Below, piece by piece: positions 13,347 to 26,743 of a stretch of 64,000 nucleotides of DNA. The translations under genes were made by a program, and so were the position numbers. Every line of letters starts with the position of its first letter. The stretch's first letter is position 1. This DNA comes from Octopus sinensis. Taxonomy: Eukaryota. The stretch lies in contig NC_042998.1 of the NCBI RefSeq assembly GCF_006345805.1, positions 122,016,001 to 122,080,000 on the forward strand. The letters run 5' to 3'. Below the pieces are notes generated by a model. It did no database searches. It saw only the letters and a program-made list of their open reading frames with translations, and was not told the DNA's origin.

Positions 13347-13834
13347 AAATTAATAAATAAAACATATGCATATATACATACATATATGTACGTACCTACC
13401 TCTAAATGTATATATACATGCATATATGGGTACAGGACACCAAAAAAACGTCGAACACAATGAGAAACGAAAACATAAACACAAAACCAAGGAACTGGAC
13501 ATTTTTCTTAAACAACAAAAAAATAGAGTACAGGACAAATAACACAAGGAAAATTCCCCTTCTTCAGTTGCCATGGTTTCATCTACTTTGTGTTTCGAAG
13601 GTGAAGGCGATACGCATCTTCGATAGAAACTTTCCTTCCCGTGAAAAGCAAATTAAATAAAATTTGAGATATTTTTGCGGAGGGGTAAAAATGGTAACAA
13701 AAACAGGACAGTAACGACAGTACAAAATATAAACAGTAAAAGACAGGACAAGGAGAATGTGTGTATATGCATCATATATGTATCTATGCAAAGGGTTTTG
13801 AACCAACTATTTAAACACTTTTATATATTCATAT

Positions 13835-14135
13835 GCAGGCATAGGGCTTAGTGGTTAAGGTATTGGACTCATGACAGTAAGATTGTAGTTTCGATTTCTG
13901 GATCGGGTGGGGCATTGTATTCTTGAGTAAAGTACTTCATTTCACATTGCTCCAGCCCACTCAACAGGTAAAACTGAGTTATTCTGTGACAGACCAGGTT
14001 CCCATTCAGAGAAACTGGGAAACTGGCCCTATGCTCTTTACGGGGTAATGTGGACTTCACCATCTATTTAGTCTGGCCAGCTCCTGTCAAACTGTCCAAC
14101 CCATGCCAGCATTGAAAACAGCCGTTAAATGATAA
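13835..14135 (+). mobile_element. SINE with family D-like tRNA head and family C-like RTE tail
   Basis: Head ggcttagtggttaag..gtttcgatttctgg; central ttcttgagtaaagtacttcatttcacattgctccag like the 62413-62750 copy; tail ccaacccatgccagcattgaaaacagccgttaaatgataatgatg. Confidence 0.7.
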
Positions 14136-14557
14136 TGATGAGATATATGTGTCTGTCTGTCTGTCTATGTCTATCTATCTATCTCTCTCTCTCTCTATAT
14201 ATATATAATGCACAAATATATATTGTATATATGTATATATACAATTTAGCTGCAAAGCTACATAAGGGAGTTAATAGCATGCATGAAACTATAAGGCCTT
14301 GTGTCACTTATGAAGCTTTATAGCAAGTTAATAATTATTTCTAACAAAAGTACAAAGCTTAAAATTTTGAATGAGGGAATTAGTTGATCTAAGTGAACCT
14401 TACTCAGTACCTGATTGGTAGTTTATTTCATCAGCTGTGTGTGCAAGTATTTATACTTTAGTATAAACATTTAGCATATTATTTGTTCAAGCTGGTCCAG
14501 TATTCAGTAAATAAGTAACAGGTTAAATAAACTACAGTACCCAATGTTTGTACTGAG

Positions 14558-14676
14558 GTGGAGGCATGGTTATGTGGTGAGAAGCTTGCTTCCTGACCAC
14601 ATGGTTCTGAGTTCAGTCCCTTGGACAAGTGTCTTTTACTATAGCCACATATGTGAACGAATTTTGAATATGGAAA

Positions 14677-14714
<38 letters not shown>

Positions 14715-14730
14715 TTTCCATCTACCAAAT

Positions 14731-14763
<33 letters not shown>

Positions 14764-15240
14764 ATTTCTTTACTACCCACAAGGGGCTAAACACAGAGGG
14801 GACAAACAAGGACAGACAAATGGATTAAGTCGCTTATATCGACCCCAGTGCGTAACTGGTACTTAATTTATCAACCCCGAAAGGATGAAAGGCAAAATCG
14901 ACCTCGGCGGAATTTGAACTCAGAACGTAACGGCAGACAAAATACAGCTACGCATTTTGCCCAGCATGCTAACGTTTCTGCCAGTTTGCCACCTTATACA
15001 TATACATATATATATAGATATAAATATGTGTGTGTGTGTGCCTTTGTGCTTGTGTTTGTCTCCCACCACCATTTGACAACTGGTGCTGATGTATTTACAT
15101 TCCTGTAACTTAGCAGTTTGGCAAAAGAGACCAACAGAATAAGTAGTAGGTTTAAAAAGCTTACTGGGGTTAAATCATTTGACTAAAATCCTTGAAGGTG
15201 GTGCTTCAGCATGGCTGCAGTCTAATGACTAAAACAAAAG
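14558..15240 (+). mobile_element. Family A SINE split by a family B insertion
   Basis: A head at 14558-14680 and A tail at 15020-15240, with a family B copy between them. Confidence 0.7.
14766..14995 (-). mobile_element. SINE family B, young copy
   Basis: CpG-rich reverse copy (gaaaggatgaaaggcaaaatcgacctcggcggaatttgaactcagaacg..ctgccagtttgccacctt). Confidence 0.85.
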
Positions 15241-15245
15241 ATTAT

Positions 15246-15625
15246 TCTTTTATTTGTTTCAGTCATCTGACTGCAGCCATGCGGGGGCACCGCCTTTAGT
15301 CGAACAAATCAACCCCAGGACTTATTCTTTGTAAGCCTAGTACTTATTCTATCAGTCACTTTTTGCTGAACCGCTAAGTTACGGGGATGTAAGCACACCA
15401 ACATCAGTTGTCAAGTGATGGTGGGGGTGGGGGACAAACACAGACACACAAAAACACATATACGATGGGCTTCTTTCAGTTTCTGTCTTCCAAATCCAAT
15501 CACAAGGCTTTGGTCAGCTCAAGGCTATAGATGAAGACACTTGCCCAAGGTGCCACACAGTTGGATTGAACCCAGAACCATGTGGTTGGGAAGCAAGCTA
15601 CTTACCACACAGTCACTCCTGCACC
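15246..15625 (-). mobile_element. Full-length SINE family A
   Basis: Collinear with 10226-10592. Confidence 0.88.
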
Positions 15626-15923
15626 TATGCCACTCATCATGTGATCACGTGACCAACCAGGCTATCAGATATTGCTACACATCGCTGGTCACAATGTGCT
15701 TTGCATTGTTTTAGCCTTCAAATGATGCCACCCCACTGGCTAAGTGAGCAGGCCACTCATAAATATTTAAAAAAATAATTTATGCTTATGTATTTGTTTT
15801 GCAAGATTCTTTATGTGAAATCGTGTTGAAACATATATTTGGGGATGGACATTTCCATTTTATTTTTCTGTCAATCACCACTTTAGTTTTATTATCAGAG
15901 TTTTTCTTTACACATTCTGTGAC

Positions 15924-16072
15924 CTCTTCAGTGACCTTCTGTTTCTAGTGTCTCTACTCTTCTCTCGGCTTGTCCTGTCTATTCCATTTTGTTTTTCTCT
16001 TATAGAAAATGGAATAGACAGAACAAGACTAGAGAAGAGTAGAGACACGAGGAACAGAAAGTCACTGAAGAG
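15924..16072. repeat. Inverted repeat, 67-bp arms with 15-nt loop
   Basis: 15924-15990 is the reverse complement of 16006-16072 with 6 mismatches by hand alignment. Confidence 0.92.
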
Positions 16073-17357
16073 AGCATAGAATGCATGATGAAAGAATTCT
16101 GGTAATAATGCTAAAGTGAAGATCAAATAAGTAATGCATGTGCTTATTGGACAGGGGGAAAAAATGACCATCCCCAAATATAACAATATTTTTAAAACTG
16201 GTTTAATATACTTTAACTGCAGTAATGATGGGGCATTCCTTCAAAGATTGAGATGATCCTAATATGATTTTTGAGTTTGGTGCTGATTTTATTGAATACT
16301 ATTTCTTGGACTGCTAAGTTACATGACAGATACAAACAGTACCAGTTGTTAAGAGGTTCAAAGTTAAATATATGGACACAGAAAGTTAAACATATGGATA
16401 CATATACAGTCTCACAGATATATATGTGCTGTGTTTCTACATAGTTTCTGCCTACCAAATATCCTTCACAACTCATTGGTGAATCTAAAGTTCTACTAAA
16501 AGACATCTGCCCAAAGTTCTATGCCGTGTAACTGTAACTGAACTTGAATACATGTGATTGAAGCAAACTTCTTAACTAAGTATTCATGCCTGCACTTATA
16601 TCCATGTAATTATGGGTGTGTGTGTGTGTGTCCTTTCACATATAGGCAGTTACATATACTCAGTCTTTTTTCTTTACATTCATTCCCTGACTACATACGT
16701 GTGTGTGTGTGTGTGTGTGTGTGAGTATACACGTTTCCTTTATCTTTGTTTATGAATTGTTTAAGAGAACATTTTTTACAGCTGGATACCCTTGCTGATG
16801 TTAACCACTCAACTGTGAAGTAGGATGGGTGTCTCCTTTATGCATGCAGACATATATATGCAAGCATGTGCACTTGTAAAAAATATATATATGTAACGAT
16901 AACACCTGCACCCCCAAAATGAATTTTGTTATGTAAAAATATTCTTTAAAATTATATATCTCTATCATGGTAGGGGGAATAGGAGAGACAAAATAAGTGA
17001 ATAAAAAAAATAGGTAAAAAAAAATTCCAAGGAGATACTTTGGAGTGAAGAACCAAAAATCTCATGCTAGAATATGTTCTGGTTCATATGCAGATGAGAG
17101 ATAAAACTATACATGGAAATGACTGTAGTATATCAAAAGTAATGTTTCTGTTATTGATATTCTACTGAATATAACCAATAGTGATTTAAAGTATTGTAAA
17201 TGCTCAAGTCACACTGATAAATAAATCACACCCTCAGTTCACAGACAACACTCTTAGCTCAAAAGATGACTTACATATAAGTTGCAGGCTGTATTTATGA
17301 ATACTCTGTCTCTCCCTTACCCACCCACTCACCCTATTCTATCCTTGGTTTCACTTA

Positions 17358-17473
17358 TACGAGGGGGTGCATGAAAGGCCTGGTTGGAGGTCAAACCTTC
17401 TGAGTTCTTTTACAGAGCTTAGAAAAACTAAAGTTCTAAGTGTGTGAATCTGAGAGGGGAATATGTTGAATAA
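17358..17473 (+). mobile_element. Internally deleted mariner relic
   Basis: TA followed by TACGAGGGG (mariner-type TIR start). 17438-17473 encodes KCVNLRGEYVE*, like a mariner transposase C-terminus. Right TIR not seen. Confidence 0.7.
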
Positions 17474-18408
17474 AATTATGATTAGCTAGTTTAAAAAACA
17501 AAAACATTGATGGTGGTGGGACTCTATACATAAAAGTAGAGCAAATTTATTGATAATATTAATTTGAGTGGGACTTCAAGTTTTGATTTTAAAGATCTAT
17601 TTTACCAGAGTAGTTGACAAAGATGGTTAAAATCTAAGGTCCCATTAATTTTATCAACATCTCTGTCTATATATCTTTAGATTTATCCCTATAACTCCTT
17701 TCTACTCCTCTCTTTCTAATTTTATTGAACCTACATATATTTATAAACACAGTTCCTTACTAAGCTATTTGCCTATGCCTTCTGAGGAGTTTATCATGAC
17801 TTTGCTCCTTGGGTCTTTCAAAACCCATGCCTGTTTATATGCCTCCAATATTATCAGGGTTCATTACATAATATCCATGTTTATATCACCTGCCATCGAT
17901 TAGCTGAAACAACTGTGAAAATAAGACTTGATTATATCATATAATTATATATACAATTTTCCATTCCTTCCACCTGTTATTGTTTCTATTTTTCTGTTCA
18001 TGTGTGTGTGTTTTATGAAAGTTTTATGAAAATATGATTATTTCCCACGTAATATATCTAATGAAACTACATGTAAACATATCTTTTGGTAGCTTTTAAC
18101 AAATTAAACCCACGTTAACGCACTCTGAATTCTCTATATTGAATAAGTCTATTTTATATATTTAATTACATGCAGCACCGTAGTTAATTTAATTTCATCA
18201 CATGCAATAATGAAATGATTAATATACTCCAGCTACCCTGACATGTAAATATACCATCTCCTCTGTATTTTAATTATATTGAATGCAATTTCTGCTGTAA
18301 AGCATGCGTATGGAAGTTTATCAAGGGGAGCAAATTCCATGTCAACAATCCAATACAGTACAGTGGTTTGATTTGCTTCCATATGGGGTAACAATATATC
18401 ATAAATTA

Positions 18409-18620
18409 GGCAATGAGCTCGCAAAATCATTAGTATGCCAGGTAAAATGCTTAGCAGCATTTTGTCCGTTTTAATGTTCTGAGTTCAAATTCTGCTAAGG
18501 TTGGCTTTGCCTTTCATCCATTTGGGGTCTATTAAATAGGTACCAGTTGAACACAGGGATTGATCTAATCGACTTATCCTCTCCTGAAATTGCTGGCCTT
18601 GTGCCAAAATTTGAAACCAA
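18409..18620 (+). mobile_element. SINE family B
   Basis: aaaatgcttagcagcatttt..gttctgagttcaaattctgc..ttgcctttcatcc..taccagttgaacac. Confidence 0.82.
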
Positions 18621-19985
18621 TATTTCATAAATTACCTGTTTTGTCAATATAGGATTATGTTTACCTACAGTAAATAATGGGATTCAAAAATTATCATTAT
18701 ATCATGTTTATTGATTAGGAAATGAACCAAGAAAACATGTACGTAATTTCTGTTGGTGTCTCATGTTATGGTATTTAATTATGGTCAAGCAACTAGAAGC
18801 ACACACATTGGTATTAAGTACTATCAGTTTACATCACATGCGAGACTGCTTATGGCACTTACATTGCACCACATATTATAAATCAAGGTTTTGTATGTTC
18901 AGTAGATAAGTTGGATGTTGGATGTTACACCATATTTTGGTGGAAAATAGTGTGACTTATACACATGTAGAAACTTGTTCTTATCACACAAGAAAACACC
19001 CTAAAATGTGTGGTTGTTATTTAACCCCACGTTAGCCATAATTGAGTACACCCATGATCAAAAATGATTCAGTTGTGACCATCGTCTTTTTACAGAGTAT
19101 CTAGTACCATATAATCTAATGTGCCCTTACTTTTTCCAGATGTTGGTGTGTGATTTGATATAGATATGGCTTCTATTTCTAGCAAGTTGAGTGATTGCAT
19201 AAAATAAATTTGAACTCAAGACCCAAGAGCAGATATTCTGCATTCAGATTTACTTAGTCATTTGGCTTAAATGTACTGTGCAAAATCCAGCAATATGCAA
19301 GAGAGGTATGCATCAATCACAAAAGAAGGGATAATATTTAGTTCTAGGAATGTTTTGTTAAGGTAAATAACAGTGAAGAGGTTCCAAGGATTTTGTTAGG
19401 GTTTGATCTATGAAGCCAATATAAAGCTCCACCCACTTACTTGGTCCTGAAAACTGATGTTATGGCATGTAGAAATTTAAGAGTTTGATCCAAATAAATA
19501 ACACAACAGTTGCAGTGGATTTGATCATGCAACTGATGGGCTGGTAGCTGTCCAATACCAAAAAGTACTTTGCTATTTCAATTCAACTTGCAGGCCTCTA
19601 CACATCACGTGTACAAATCATGTGATTTGGCCTAATCTTGAGCAACAGCCTTACTTGGTTAAGAACTGGTCAGTTAGAGATGACCAAGAACTAACAACAA
19701 CAGCAATAAAAACAATAACGACAACAAGGAAAATAATAACATTGCTAGCAGACTTCTTATCAATCAAAATATTGCATTTTCTATCAGTGTGGCTTGATTG
19801 ATGCATTGCCAGTATTTCATAATTGGCTTAAATATAGGGCCTGCAGATATCATTCATAAAACAATATTTAAGCACACATACATACACATATATTCACACC
19901 TAAAGGCATGCACAGACACATAATATTCACGTATGTATGCACACACACACACATGCGTGCACACACAAATGTGTGTGTGCATATA

Positions 19986-20021
<36 letters not shown>

Positions 20022-20110
20022 TTACGTCATTATCATTTAACATCCGTGCTTCATGCTGGCATGGGTTGCATGCACACATACACATGTATATATATGTGTG
20101 TCTGTGAGTG

Positions 20111-20146
<36 letters not shown>

Positions 20147-20158
20147 TGTATCCATATA

Positions 20159-20310
20159 TAATATCTAATACATATATAAATATGTATATATGCTTATATA
20201 TATATGCATACATAATATCTAATATATACATAAATATGTGTGTATATATATATATATGCATATACAATATCTAATACATACATAAATATATTGTATATAT
20301 ATATGCAATA
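20159..20310. repeat. AT-rich minisatellite, ~55-bp unit x3
   Basis: aatatctaata(c/t)ata(t/c)ataaatat..tatatgcata recurs three times. Confidence 0.75.
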
Positions 20311-21599
20311 TTGGAGATATTTCACCTCACAGCAAACTATCAATTTAGCCATGACCACTTTACTACAGAAAGTTGAAAGCATCAATTTGGCTGAAAAGAT
20401 TAGTATTATATTTAGTACTGACCTTTTCTAGCCAAGAACAATCATCCTGCCAGCAAAGTTTTGATATTATAAATTGATATAAATAAAATTCAATAAGTAT
20501 AATGAAAGCAAGAAAATAGATAGGCTGGTGTTAAAATGTTAAATATTACATAAGAAAGTCATTTATAGGATAGATATTTATAATAAATAAAATGGAAATA
20601 TAAATTCTAACAGAAATTAATTGGAAAATTAAGCAAAAAAAAAGAAAAAAAAAAGAAATGCAAATTAGATATGAAGGGAAAGTTGAATGAATATATGGGA
20701 ATATTAACCAGACAAGAATAATTGGATGCTAGAGTGGGTTCTGAAAGTCAAAAGAAAATGTTGGCACATAAAACAGGGGAGGGTTAAAAGGTAGGCTAGA
20801 AATAGGTCTAGAATAGGTCATATTCAAACTTTAATGCATATAAACTAATGAGGAGATCTGTATGTGGTCACTTGAATGTCTGGATGGTCATGGCTTGAAT
20901 GTCTTTGATTATGTGTCTGCTTCACAAGAGCAGACCTAAGGCTTGACAGCTTTAACTGTTACTGCAGCTGCTGTGGTTACTAGTGCTACTTTAGTGACCA
21001 AATAATACCTAATTTCTCAACCATGTGACTAAAGCTGAAAGTAGATAGCGTCATTAGAAAACAAACATTAAATACATATTTGATGAAACCAGTCCTACAG
21101 TTTACCGACTAGTTTGGATGAACACCAGTAAAGATCTTGTCTTTATGTACAGTTTACCTAGAAATAGTCAGTAGAGTTTGTCCCTCTCCCTGCAATACCA
21201 ACAAGAGAAGTTGAACTAAAAATTTGAAGCTATTAAAAACTCTCATCAGTTTTCTTGTACTGTAACTGTTTATAATTATAAAGTCTTCCTTCCCTGCTAA
21301 ATGGGGGTGGAGGTAGTTTTCTGAGCTGTCTTAGCTAGGAACGCTTTCCACTGATTGTGAGAAGGCTAGAAACAGTTTGCTTCTTGGCCAGTTGTTTGGT
21401 GCTCTTTGAATTTAATCATTCTTGGTCTATCAATATTCTCTTTACTAACTGATAAAAAAGTGTCAAAGACATAAATGTATGCATAAGAATTGAAACTCAG
21501 GTTTATGCTACCATCTCACAATGAAAATCCTTTACAAGAAGTCATATTTTCACACCTATAGGTAGCTTCTTGATGTCCGTTGTTCAGTCACATACACTT

Positions 21600-21700
21600 G
21601 TAATAAGCTTCCTGCACCTTGTTATTAATCTGTGGAACAAACTTCCAAAAGTTATAATCAGAGCTGTTTTTGTAAAAGAAATACAAACCGTCAAAAGTTA
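21600..21700 (+). mobile_element. Possible CR1/L2-like LINE 3' remnant
   Basis: Translates VINLWNKLPKVIIRA, resembling the 'RVxNxWNxLP' ORF2 C-terminal motif. Confidence 0.5.
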
Positions 21701-24390
21701 GGAACAGAAATGCTTCTTGTCATTTCTATCTACAAACATGCAGTGACTCTTTGGTCTCCACTTTGCATAAATTAGGACATTATTCACAAATAGAAATATT
21801 AGATAAAAGAAAATAACATTCAAGTTCAGAGATCTGTAGATTGCCAAGAAAGAATGCAGCAGTCAGTTAGTCCAAGACAGTTTGCAAATAGTCTTAGGCA
21901 GCACTAGAGTATGTCCGTGGAATTACTCTACTCTAAACGACTCAAGTTGTTGCTGTTTTGATTGTTTAGTTCCAGCTTAGTCCTAATTTGTTAGACTTTT
22001 GATTAGCTGTTACCATCTTGTCTTTTGTTTTAAAGGTAGTAAGTTGTGATATAAGCAAATTTGGTTTCTATTTCTAGTAGATTCTAAAACCAGGCCACAG
22101 CTACATTTTTGGCCCAGCCTAACTCTAAGCGGGGTAATCCACCACAGTGATGGCAATGTTTTGGAGGAGACAAGTGTTTTATTGGACTGTAATCCTGATT
22201 TCTGTACTTTTTATAGGAAATGATGCCTGCAATGAACCAGTATCTTGCTTTGAGAAAGATTTATTTCTCATCCGCTTAACATTGCAGAAACTGGAATTGA
22301 ATACCAGCCCCATGTGATTCAGAAAGGATTAGATTTTAAAGAAAAGGATTAGTTTTTAAAGAATGTTCTGGAATAATGATACACTAGAATATCTTTATCC
22401 TAGAAAGATTTAATGAAAAATGAAAGGAAGAGAAAAATGAATGTTTTCAGGGGGACTCTAAACAATGGCAAACAAATATCTATTTTTGTATAATGATAGG
22501 GAAGTGAATTAGCAGAAATGTGAGACAAACACACATTTAGATGTGCACATATACTTTTATAGCTAAAATCTGTGGATAACATACACTATAGTTCAGTTAG
22601 CACAAAACAGGAAAATAATATAAGCACTTATATTAGTTTCAGTCATTAGACTGTGGCCATGCTGGAGCACTGCCTTCATGGGTTTTTAGTCAATTATATT
22701 TGTAGAGGGAATATTCAGAAATCACTCGATGCGATAAAAAAAAATCCATATGATAAAAAAATCTAACCAAATCACGACTTTGCCCAGAACTGGTTTCAGC
22801 AAAAGTGCCATCTTTTTGTGCCTCTCTCTCAGTATAAATTTGGCACACCTTACCTACTTAACCAGAGAGCAATGACAGCCATCATAGGAGAAGGCCAATG
22901 GAGATGACAGACAGCAGCTGAACTGAGCAGACAACAACCACAATGAATGACCAATGACAGCAACACAATGATCAATGATATTTTGACTGCTACTACAATT
23001 ACATCAAGAACAATTCACTCTTGACATTTTGTTTGTAGTAATGACAGGCTATACTTTTTGTGTATGAAAAGAATAAATATTTTGTTATCAAAAATTGCAA
23101 CAGATTTTGTCATTTTCTTCTTCATACATATTAAACCCAGTTTTTATTTCAGTTTAGCACTCTCAATTTTCTGAATGGCTAATGTTGGTTGTTTGATGTA
23201 AAGGATGCAATTCAATGAACTATTTTACCCTGGCTTATGAAATGTACATGCATGCATATATACACATATATAAAATTTCCTTCAAATGAATTTTGCTTAC
23301 ATGGCTTTGGTCAATCAAAGGAGCAGTATAGACATTAGCTGAGGGTCCCCACACACTGTAATTTAACTGCGAACAATGTGGTTGTGTAGTGAACCTCTAA
23401 CCACAGGACCATACTTTTTGTGTGTATTGTATATATAAAACACCTCCTTGTCTTTTAAGGCAAAAAAACATGCATAGAGTACTGAGTGCATATAAACAAT
23501 TGCATTGTTAACAAAAGAAAAGCACATTTAAGAGACACATACAGAAAACATGAAAATAACACATAACTGAAAACAATATGCACATTACATATACACACAT
23601 ACATACACTCATGAAAGCACAAATGCCATGAGCAGTTTTCAGAAAAAAAGGCCCTCGTTAACTTATTCACTTTAGAGTGCGTGCGCATGTGCACACACAC
23701 ACACATACACGCACAGAGGGGGAAAAAGTCTTTCGAAATGCAGACAGTACTTATGAAAGTAAACATGTGTAAACAAACTACATGCTGCACTTATAAGGGC
23801 AAACACATAAATATTTACTGGCACACATAAAAAAAGTAACTACAAATATGCAAAGCATACATTCAAGTATATTATTGAGCAGTGTGACAGATTAATATAT
23901 TCATTGTTAGGCATAAGGGCAAAGACACACATTCATATACATATAGATATATGTATGTGTGTGATTATGATACATAGACCGCAATTATCAAAGTAAACTA
24001 AATACAGAAGCAACACATTAAAAATAAAACATATAAAAGTATGCATACATATACAAAACACACAAATATAGAAAAATACTTAAGATCAAAGACATTATCC
24101 TCCATAAATATATCATCTGCATTTCAGCACAATTTGTAAATATCAATTAGTGGTATACAAAAACTAAAACCTAAATAATGACAAGCTTTCTCCACAAGCA
24201 TACACATATAGACACATACACATTGTGTCATCAAGAAGGAGAAAAAAAAGTACTCAATACAGGGAGCAAAGCTATATATAATCTGGAAGTTGAGATTTCA
24301 TAAATTGTTATTCAGAATTTCTTGTTTCTGATCTCAGGATGCTTATGAAACATAGAACATAAAGATGGAATGTAATATATATCTATATCA

Positions 24391-24768
24391 CAAGCTGTAT
24401 GATAAGAAGCTTGCTTCCTAAACACGATTCCAAATTCAGCTCCTTGGACAAGTGCCTTCTACTTTAGCCCTGGGCTGTCCAAAGCCCTGTGCTTGGATTT
24501 GGGAGATGGAAACTGAAAGAAGATCATCATATATATGTGTATATATATATATCTATGTGTGTGTCTTTGAGTCTGTGTTTGTCCACCCCCTTACTGTTTG
24601 ACAACTGGTGGTGTGTTTACATCCCTGTAACTTAGCGGTTTGGCAAAAAGTGACTGATACAATAAGTACCAGGCTTTAAAAAGTAAGTATATTTGACAAA
24701 GAAATTCTTCAAGGTGGTGCCCCAGCATGGCTGCAGGCTAATGACTGAAACAAGCAATAGATAAAAGA
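24391..24768 (+). mobile_element. SINE family A
   Basis: Collinear with 26744-27140. Confidence 0.82.
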
Positions 24769-25571
24769 TACATACATATATATATAGATGAGAAAGAGAG
24801 AGAGAGAGAGAGAGAGAAGGTGTATGGCCAATTGGTTAGGGTGTTGTATTCATGATTGTGGTTTCAGTTCCTGGACTGGGTGGTGCATTGCATTCTTGAG
24901 CAAAACACTTTACTTCACAATGCTCTGCGAACAACTTCAATGCCTCAGATGTGGTATACTGTGCACCTGTACAAAACGAACATTTAATCATAATAGACAA
25001 ATCATCTGGGCAGGTTGTTCAGCAACAAATGGAACCCTCAGCAGCTGTCTATGACAGGAGAGTCCATCATCATGTGTGCATGCATGCGTATGTGTGTGTT
25101 TGTTCAGTTCAGTTTTGTATAAATTTTCCCATGCTAGTATGGGTTAGAAAATTATATTATTGAAACACTGCTTTAATAGCTGGATGCCAACCCTTACCAT
25201 TTTAATAAACGAGTGATTTGTTATTTTATATCTCTTCAAAGCTGCAAAGCCAGCAAATGATTTGTTGACTAGAGAAATGACAATAATATTACTATTTGCA
25301 GCTCATGATTTTCATAGAAGAGCAAATGTAAACAAACACATATGCACACACACATATAAGCAGATGCACATACATATACACATATACCATGGGCTTCTTT
25401 CAGTTTCTGTCTCCCAAATGCATGTATAAAGTTTTGGTTGAGCTGGGGTTATAGTAGAAAACATTTGCTCAAAGTGTTGCACAGTGGGACTGAACCCCAA
25501 ACCCTGTGGTTGAAAGTGAACTTCTTAGCTACACCACCATACTTGTACCTTGGAATACAATGCTATATAAT

Positions 25572-25850
25572 CATCATCATCATCATCATTTAATATTTAT
25601 TGTCCATGCTGGCATGGGTTGGATAGTTTGACCAGGGCTGGCCAGTTGGAGAGCTGTGTCAGATTCCAGTCTGATTTGGCATGGTTTCTATGGCTGGATG
25701 CCCTTCCTAACACCAACCCCTCTATAGAGTGTGCTGGGTGCTTTTACATGGCAATACTCAGGCACTTTTATGTGACACCACAATGGTGCTTTCTAGGTGG
25801 TGCCACACAGGAGTTTTTTACATGGCACCATACAGGCATTGCTATGAAGC
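25572..25850 (-). mobile_element. SINE family C
   Basis: catcatcatc..ccatgctggcatgggttgg..ggatgcccttcctaacaccaacc..gggtgcttttacatgg. Confidence 0.8.
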
Positions 25851-26109
25851 ATTTTTATATTCCATCTTCTATAGAAACAAAAAACTCTGAGTAATGATTT
25901 GTTAAGTTCCAGCTTCCAATAATATATAAATATATATATATATATATACATAGACATACATGTGCATATATGTTTCATATATGCCTCTCTCTCTCTCTCT
26001 CTATTATAAAGGAGATGACAGGGGACCAAGATATGTGGTGCATTGCTGTACTCAAGCAGACCTGTCCACCACAACAGAATTGAGATCCTAAAAGCAAGGT
26101 GTCACATAA

Positions 26110-26310
26110 AAAGCATTGGTATAAATGCTGGTGCCATATAAAAAGCACCCAGTACACCCTGTAAGTGGTGGGTATTAGGAAGGGCATCCAACCATAGAAA
26201 CCAAGCCAAAACAAACTGGAACCAGGCGTGGCCCCTGGCCTTGTCAGTTCCTGTTAAGCTGTCCAACCTATGTTAGCATGGAAAATGGACAATAAATGTT
26301 GATGATGATA
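26110..26310 (+). mobile_element. SINE family C
   Basis: aaaaagcacccagtacaccctgtaagtggtgggtattaggaagggcatcc..catggaaaatggac..gatgatgat. Confidence 0.8.
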
Positions 26311-26743
26311 TGATTACACAGACTGTCCATAAATTACCTTTATAACTTGAAAATTACAGAAAAGAAAAATGAAAAATAAGGATAACTTAGTAGAGTTTAT
26401 TGGCAAACAAGTAAAATTTTATTAGAAACATCAGAACACTTCCATATGGCCTCCATTGGTTGCACACAATACATCTAGATGACACAATACAATAAATTGT
26501 GGAAGTTGTAAAGATAATTTATGAATACCTTGTATATATATGGATTTATTCATATCCTTGCAACATGGTTCAATAAATCAATAATAATTGAATGTATTAA
26601 ATAAATGAATAAGTCCATTTATATAATTTGTATTTGTTATTGAAATCTTTCTTACATGTGGACTAACACAAACTGTGTTGAATTTTCTTATTAGTTATTT
26701 TTGGTGAAGCAATGCAATACTAAAATTTAATTATATGTATATA

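Noticed and set aside
13545-13615. Type II hammerhead on the minus strand (cttcGAAAC...CTGAAGAagg)
   Set aside because: Helices I and III cannot be formed convincingly.
16064-16104. CTGAAGA...GAAA hammerhead-like spacing
   Set aside because: Helix II does not pair and position 17 is G.
19441-19447. 6-nt minus-strand microexon (cag|GACCAA|gtaagt)
   Set aside because: Weak pyrimidine tract; such matches are common by chance.
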